Of a DNA stretch of 64,000 nt, positions 60,457 to 64,000 are shown piece by piece; within the stretch, counting starts at the first letter, position 1; every line of letters starts with the position of its first letter. A program made the position numbers and the translations under genes. Location: positions 5,803 to 69,802 of the forward strand of contig CAUTAF010000007.1 of assembly GCA_963536495.1 (NCBI GenBank), in the 5' to 3' direction. This stretch comes from an uncultured Eubacteriales bacterium (lineage in GTDB: Bacteria; Bacillota_I; Bacilli_A; RF39; UBA660). Under the pieces are notes generated by a model that saw only the letters and a list, made by a program, of their open reading frames with translations, searched no databases and was not told the DNA's origin.

Positions 60457-63318
60457 ATGTATACACCAATATATTTAAAAACAAATTACTCATTTTTAGA
60501 AAGTACTATTAGAATAGAAAAACTAATAGATTTTGCTGTTAGTAAGAACTTTAAATATGTATGTATTACAGATATAAATATGATAGCTGTTATGGAGTTT
60601 TATCATCTTGCTAAAAAAAATAATTTAATACCTGTTGTAGGTTTAGAAATAACTTTAAATTCATTAAAACTCCTTGCTTTTGGTAATTATTATTCACTTA
60701 TTTCTCTTGCTACTATTACTAGTGAAAAAGAATTAGAAATAAGTGATTTAGATAATAGTTTAACATATGTCTTACCATATGATTCAAAAGAATTACTAGA
60801 TATATTAAAATTAGATAATATTTATTTAGGTTATAAGAATGAAAAAGAAGAAATAGAACTTAGTTTATTATCAGATAAGATTATCTTTTTACCCAAACAC
60901 ACATCACTAACTAAAAAGGATGCAGAAAACTTTAAATATTTATCTCAGTTAAAGGGTGAAAAAATAAATAAAGAAGAGATTAATAACTATTATTTAGATA
61001 ATTATGATAAAAAAGAAGAGACAGAAAACTTCTTATCTAACTTTGTTTTAGATATTAAAAAAGAAGAAGATGTACTTCCAATATATGATATAAATATAGA
61101 TGCTAAGAAGAGTTTAATAGAATTATCTATTAAAGGACTTTGTTTAAGACTTAATAAAGATTATAAAGATATAGATCTTAAGTATAAAGAGAGATTAAAA
61201 AAAGAATTAACGGTAATAAATTCTATGAATTTTGCTAATTACTTTTTGGTAGTTAGTGACTTTATAAGATATGCTAAGAAAAATAAAATATTAGTATCTC
61301 CTGGAAGAGGATCTGTTGTGGGTAGTTTAGTAGCATATACTACTGGAATAACAGATATAGACCCTTTAAAATATAATTTATATTTTGAAAGATTTTTAAA
61401 TGCTTCTAGAATTACTATGCCTGATATCGATACAGATTTTCCTGATATTTATAGAGAAGATGTAATAGAATATGTTAAAGATAAATATGGAAAAGAAAAC
61501 GTATCTGGAGTAGTGACAGTATCTACTATGCAAACTAAACAGTTAGTTAGAGAAATATCTAAGTTATTTAATATAGATAATAAAATAGTAGAAAGAATAT
61601 TAAAACTAGTGGATTCAAAAACACCACTTAAAGAAGCAGTAGATAAGAGTTTAACTTTAAAAGAGATATTTAATTCTAGTTTAGAACTTAGAAAAATATA
61701 TGATTTATGTATATTCTTTGATTCTTTTCCACATCATACTTCAATTCATGCATCCGCTATTATAATATCTAATAAAAACTTAAAAAATATAATACCTTTA
61801 ATTAAAAGTAACGACTTATATTTAACATCTTATACTATGAATTATTTAGAAGAGTTAGGTCTTTTAAAAATGGACTTTTTAGGTATTAAAAATTTAACTA
61901 CTATTATGAATATAATAGAAGATATAAAATTAAATGAAAATATAGAAATAGATTTTAATAAGATAGATTTAGATGATAAATTAACTTTAAATTTATTTAA
62001 AAATGCTAATACTAAAGGTATATTTCAGTTTGATAGTTATGGTATGAGAAGATTCTTATCTAATTTAAAAGTAGATAGTTTTTCTGATATATATGCCGCT
62101 ATTGCTTTATATAGACCTGGTCCTCAAGAAAATATACCTAGTTATATAAGAAGAAAAGAAGGTAAAGAAAAGATAGAATATTTAGACAAATCTTTAGAAA
62201 ACATCTTATCTTCAACATATGGTATTTTAATATATCAAGAACAAATTATGGAAATAGCTCATATCTATGCAGGATTTACTTTGAAAGAAGCAGATTCATT
62301 TAGAAAAGCCGTATCTAAAAAGAACTTAAATGATTTAAAAAACTTAGAAGAAAGTTTTATATCTTCTTCAAAAAAATTAAATAGAGATCCTTTAGTTACT
62401 AAAAAGATATTTGATTTGATATTAAAATTTGCAAATTATGGATTTAATAAATCACACTCTGTTGCTTATTCTGTAGTAGCATTTAAACAAGCTTATTTTA
62501 AAGCTCATTATAAAGAGTATTTTTATAAAGAAATATTATTAAACGAAATAAACGATAAAGAAAAAACAGAAGATTATATTAAAGAAGCTAAAGTTTTAGG
62601 AATAGAGATAAAAGGACCTAGTATTTTAAAATCTGCAACTAATTATTCATTGGAAAAAAATACTTTATATTATCCACTTATTGGAGTTAAAGGAATAGGT
62701 TTAGTTTTAGCAGAAAAGATAAATTCTCTTAATAAAACTTCTGATATATATGATATGTTTACTTCTTTATATGAAATAGGAGTTAGAGAAAGTACATTTG
62801 AAACTTTAATTAAAGTAGGAGCTTTTGATTTATATAAAATAAATAGAAAAAGTTTAATTGAAGCTTTATCTTCTCTTATTAATTATGCAGAATTAAAAGC
62901 AAATTACTTCTCTGAAGATATAAGACCAGTTATAGTTAGTTATAAAGATTATACTGAGATAGAAAAACTTGAGATGGAAAAAGAATTACTTGGATTTTAT
63001 TTGTCTAGTTATCCGACATCTTTATATAAAAAAGAAGGTTTTATAGAAGTAAAAGATATTGATAAGTTTATAAATAAAGATGTAACAATCGTTCTTTATA
63101 TTAATAAGATTAAAGAAATAATTACTAAAAACGGAGAAAAGATGGCATTTGTTGATGCTAGTGATAAAGATAAAGTATCTTTAACTATTTTTCCAAATAC
63201 TTATAAGGATATAGAAATAAATAAAAAAGATATAGTGGAAGTGAATGGACAGGTAGTTATTAGAAATAGTGAAAGACAAATAATAGTGAAAACGATAAAA
63301 AAACTAACAAGTCTTTAA
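60457..63318 (+). CDS. dnaE: DNA polymerase III alpha subunit DnaE (short form, 953 aa) with a degenerate PHP domain
   Basis: Polymerase palm motif 'SPGRGSVVGSLVAYTTGITDIDPL'. The N-terminus 'PIYLKTNYSFLES...ITDINMIA' follows the PHP pattern but lacks the metal-binding His residues. C-terminal OB fold. Confidence 0.8.
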   Translation: MYTPIYLKTNYSFLESTIRIEKLIDFAVSKNFKYVCITDINMIAVMEFYHLAKKNNLIPVVGLEITLNSLKLLAFGNYYSLISLATITSEKELEISDLDNSLTYVLPYDSKELLDILKLDNIYLGYKNEKEEIELSLLSDKIIFLPKHTSLTKKDAENFKYLSQLKGEKINKEEINNYYLDNYDKKEETENFLSNFVLDIKKEEDVLPIYDINIDAKKSLIELSIKGLCLRLNKDYKDIDLKYKERLKKELTVINSMNFANYFLVVSDFIRYAKKNKILVSPGRGSVVGSLVAYTTGITDIDPLKYNLYFERFLNASRITMPDIDTDFPDIYREDVIEYVKDKYGKENVSGVVTVSTMQTKQLVREISKLFNIDNKIVERILKLVDSKTPLKEAVDKSLTLKEIFNSSLELRKIYDLCIFFDSFPHHTSIHASAIIISNKNLKNIIPLIKSNDLYLTSYTMNYLEELGLLKMDFLGIKNLTTIMNIIEDIKLNENIEIDFNKIDLDDKLTLNLFKNANTKGIFQFDSYGMRRFLSNLKVDSFSDIYAAIALYRPGPQENIPSYIRRKEGKEKIEYLDKSLENILSSTYGILIYQEQIMEIAHIYAGFTLKEADSFRKAVSKKNLNDLKNLEESFISSSKKLNRDPLVTKKIFDLILKFANYGFNKSHSVAYSVVAFKQAYFKAHYKEYFYKEILLNEINDKEKTEDYIKEAKVLGIEIKGPSILKSATNYSLEKNTLYYPLIGVKGIGLVLAEKINSLNKTSDIYDMFTSLYEIGVRESTFETLIKVGAFDLYKINRKSLIEALSSLINYAELKANYFSEDIRPVIVSYKDYTEIEKLEMEKELLGFYLSSYPTSLYKKEGFIEVKDIDKFINKDVTIVLYINKIKEIITKNGEKMAFVDASDKDKVSLTIFPNTYKDIEINKKDIVEVNGQVVIRNSERQIIVKTIKKLTSL

Positions 63319-63364
63319 ACTATAATGGAATATATGGTAGAATATTAAACGTAAAGGAGCAAAG

Positions 63365-64000
63365 ATGGAAGTTGTTTTTAAGACTAATGATTATTTATTA
63401 GCATGGTATTTACTATTTAAACCATCTACTGATACAGAATTTCAAAAGATTAAATTAAAACTTTGGAAAAATTATACAGATGAATATAAAAAAATAGAAA
63501 AAGATAATGTGAAAATAATGCAAGATACTGATAATTTTATACCAAGTAATGATTTGATATACGATAAAATATTTGAAACTGATTATTTTAAAGAATATAA
63601 AAAGAAAACTGATAAGAATATGTTTACCTTAAGAGAAGCATATGATATTAATAAAAAATTTATAGATAAAGAATTAAAAGCTATATTAAAACATAAGATT
63701 AGAAATGTTTATGAAGTAATAATTATGTATCCAGAGTTAAATATATCAGAATATGTTAAAAATAACCCTAATAAAGTTATAGTATGGGGTAGAAAAGAAG
63801 ATGAAGAAGATTCACTTTCTTCAGTATTTAAGATACTTTATACAGCTTTAAAATACGAATTAAGTGATATAAAAATAACAAGAGAAAATATACTTAGTTC
63901 TATAATAGATATGGTTATAACTAATGAATTACAATCAAGATTATTAAATAAATCTTGTTATAATGAAGGTTTTAAAAAACTGCTAGAAATTAAACATACT
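63365..64000 (+). CDS. Hypothetical protein; the 3' end lies beyond the window
   Basis: The frame is open from the ATG at 63365 to the end of the window. An AAGGAG RBS is present. No motif was recognised. Confidence 0.35.
   Translation, partial: MEVVFKTNDYLLAWYLLFKPSTDTEFQKIKLKLWKNYTDEYKKIEKDNVKIMQDTDNFIPSNDLIYDKIFETDYFKEYKKKTDKNMFTLREAYDINKKFIDKELKAILKHKIRNVYEVIIMYPELNISEYVKNNPNKVIVWGRKEDEEDSLSSVFKILYTALKYELSDIKITRENILSSIIDMVITNELQSRLLNKSCYNEGFKKLLEIKHT

Overview
This window comes from a very AT-rich, low-GC Gram-positive chromosome that looks Clostridia or Peptostreptococcaceae-like. The evidence for that is the conserved tig / hrcA-grpE-dnaK-dnaJ, ftsA-ftsZ, mutS and nusA-infB-rbfA gene orders together with sortase-type sorting signals. 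No rRNA, tRNA or CRISPR was found. The conserved backbone is as follows.

- **1-8.9 kb:** a tightly packed cell-wall glycopolymer locus. It encodes a GT-C membrane glycosyltransferase that runs off the 5' edge, a GT2 enzyme, two small membrane proteins, a TagG/TagH-like ABC-2 exporter, a HAD-motif protein, two paralogous GT-B-like proteins and a dCMP deaminase.
- **9.6-17.8 kb:** thiI, nrnA, engB, der, an NfeD/SPFH pair, an orphan pilC-pilD pair and a metallophosphoesterase.
- **20.6-30.7 kb:** tig, a CIRCE-regulated hrcA-grpE-dnaK-dnaJ operon, asnS, rluB, plsC and a DAGK-like lipid kinase.
- **43.9-64 kb:** ftsA-ftsZ, mutS, a rimP-like gene, nusA, ylxR, infB, rbfA, rpmB on the minus strand, and dnaE.

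Five accessory islands sit in this backbone and are the most interesting parts.

1. **17.87-20.53 kb.** A ~2.6-kb module is bounded by an identical 26-bp direct repeat. It carries a miniature, internally deleted IS copy, a leader-peptide/terminator attenuator-like leader, a 3-gene cassette (114-aa protein, 258-aa HExxH metallopeptidase-like protein, 102-aa protein) and a second IS copy that retains only a transposase N-terminal fragment.
2. **30.8-43.85 kb.** A tandem array of four large paralogous surface proteins lies between the lipid kinase and ftsA. Each has a signal peptide, a conserved N-terminal domain, internalin-type leucine-rich repeats, Ig-like modules, thrombospondin-type-3-like DxDxDG calcium-binding repeats and a coiled coil. 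Three end in an NPKTG sortase signal and one in a bare membrane anchor. Each gene has its own promoter and terminator. A (TA)15 microsatellite sits in one promoter, and long identical nucleotide blocks are shared among the paralogs.
3. **46.2-47.2 kb.** A NUDIX hydrolase gene plus 370 bp of AT-rich DNA is inserted into the ftsZ terminator. The insertion is flanked by an 81-bp duplication of the ftsZ 3' end.
4. **49.8-51.9 kb.** mutS is translationally coupled to an unknown 461-aa protein in the place where mutL is normally found. A degenerate ankyrin-like protein follows.
5. **56.1-60.1 kb.** A signal-peptide protein and a 747-aa seven-TM protein with a Gly/Ala-rich and Asn/Gln-rich variable tail sit where truB-ribF-rpsO would be expected. 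They are followed by a 100-bp remnant of the HExxH gene 3' end and an intact paralog (about 83% identity) of the small 102-aa gene from island 1. This orphan-module architecture is typical of toxin/immunity or defence cassette turnover.

All functional calls rest on motifs read by eye. No database searches were run.
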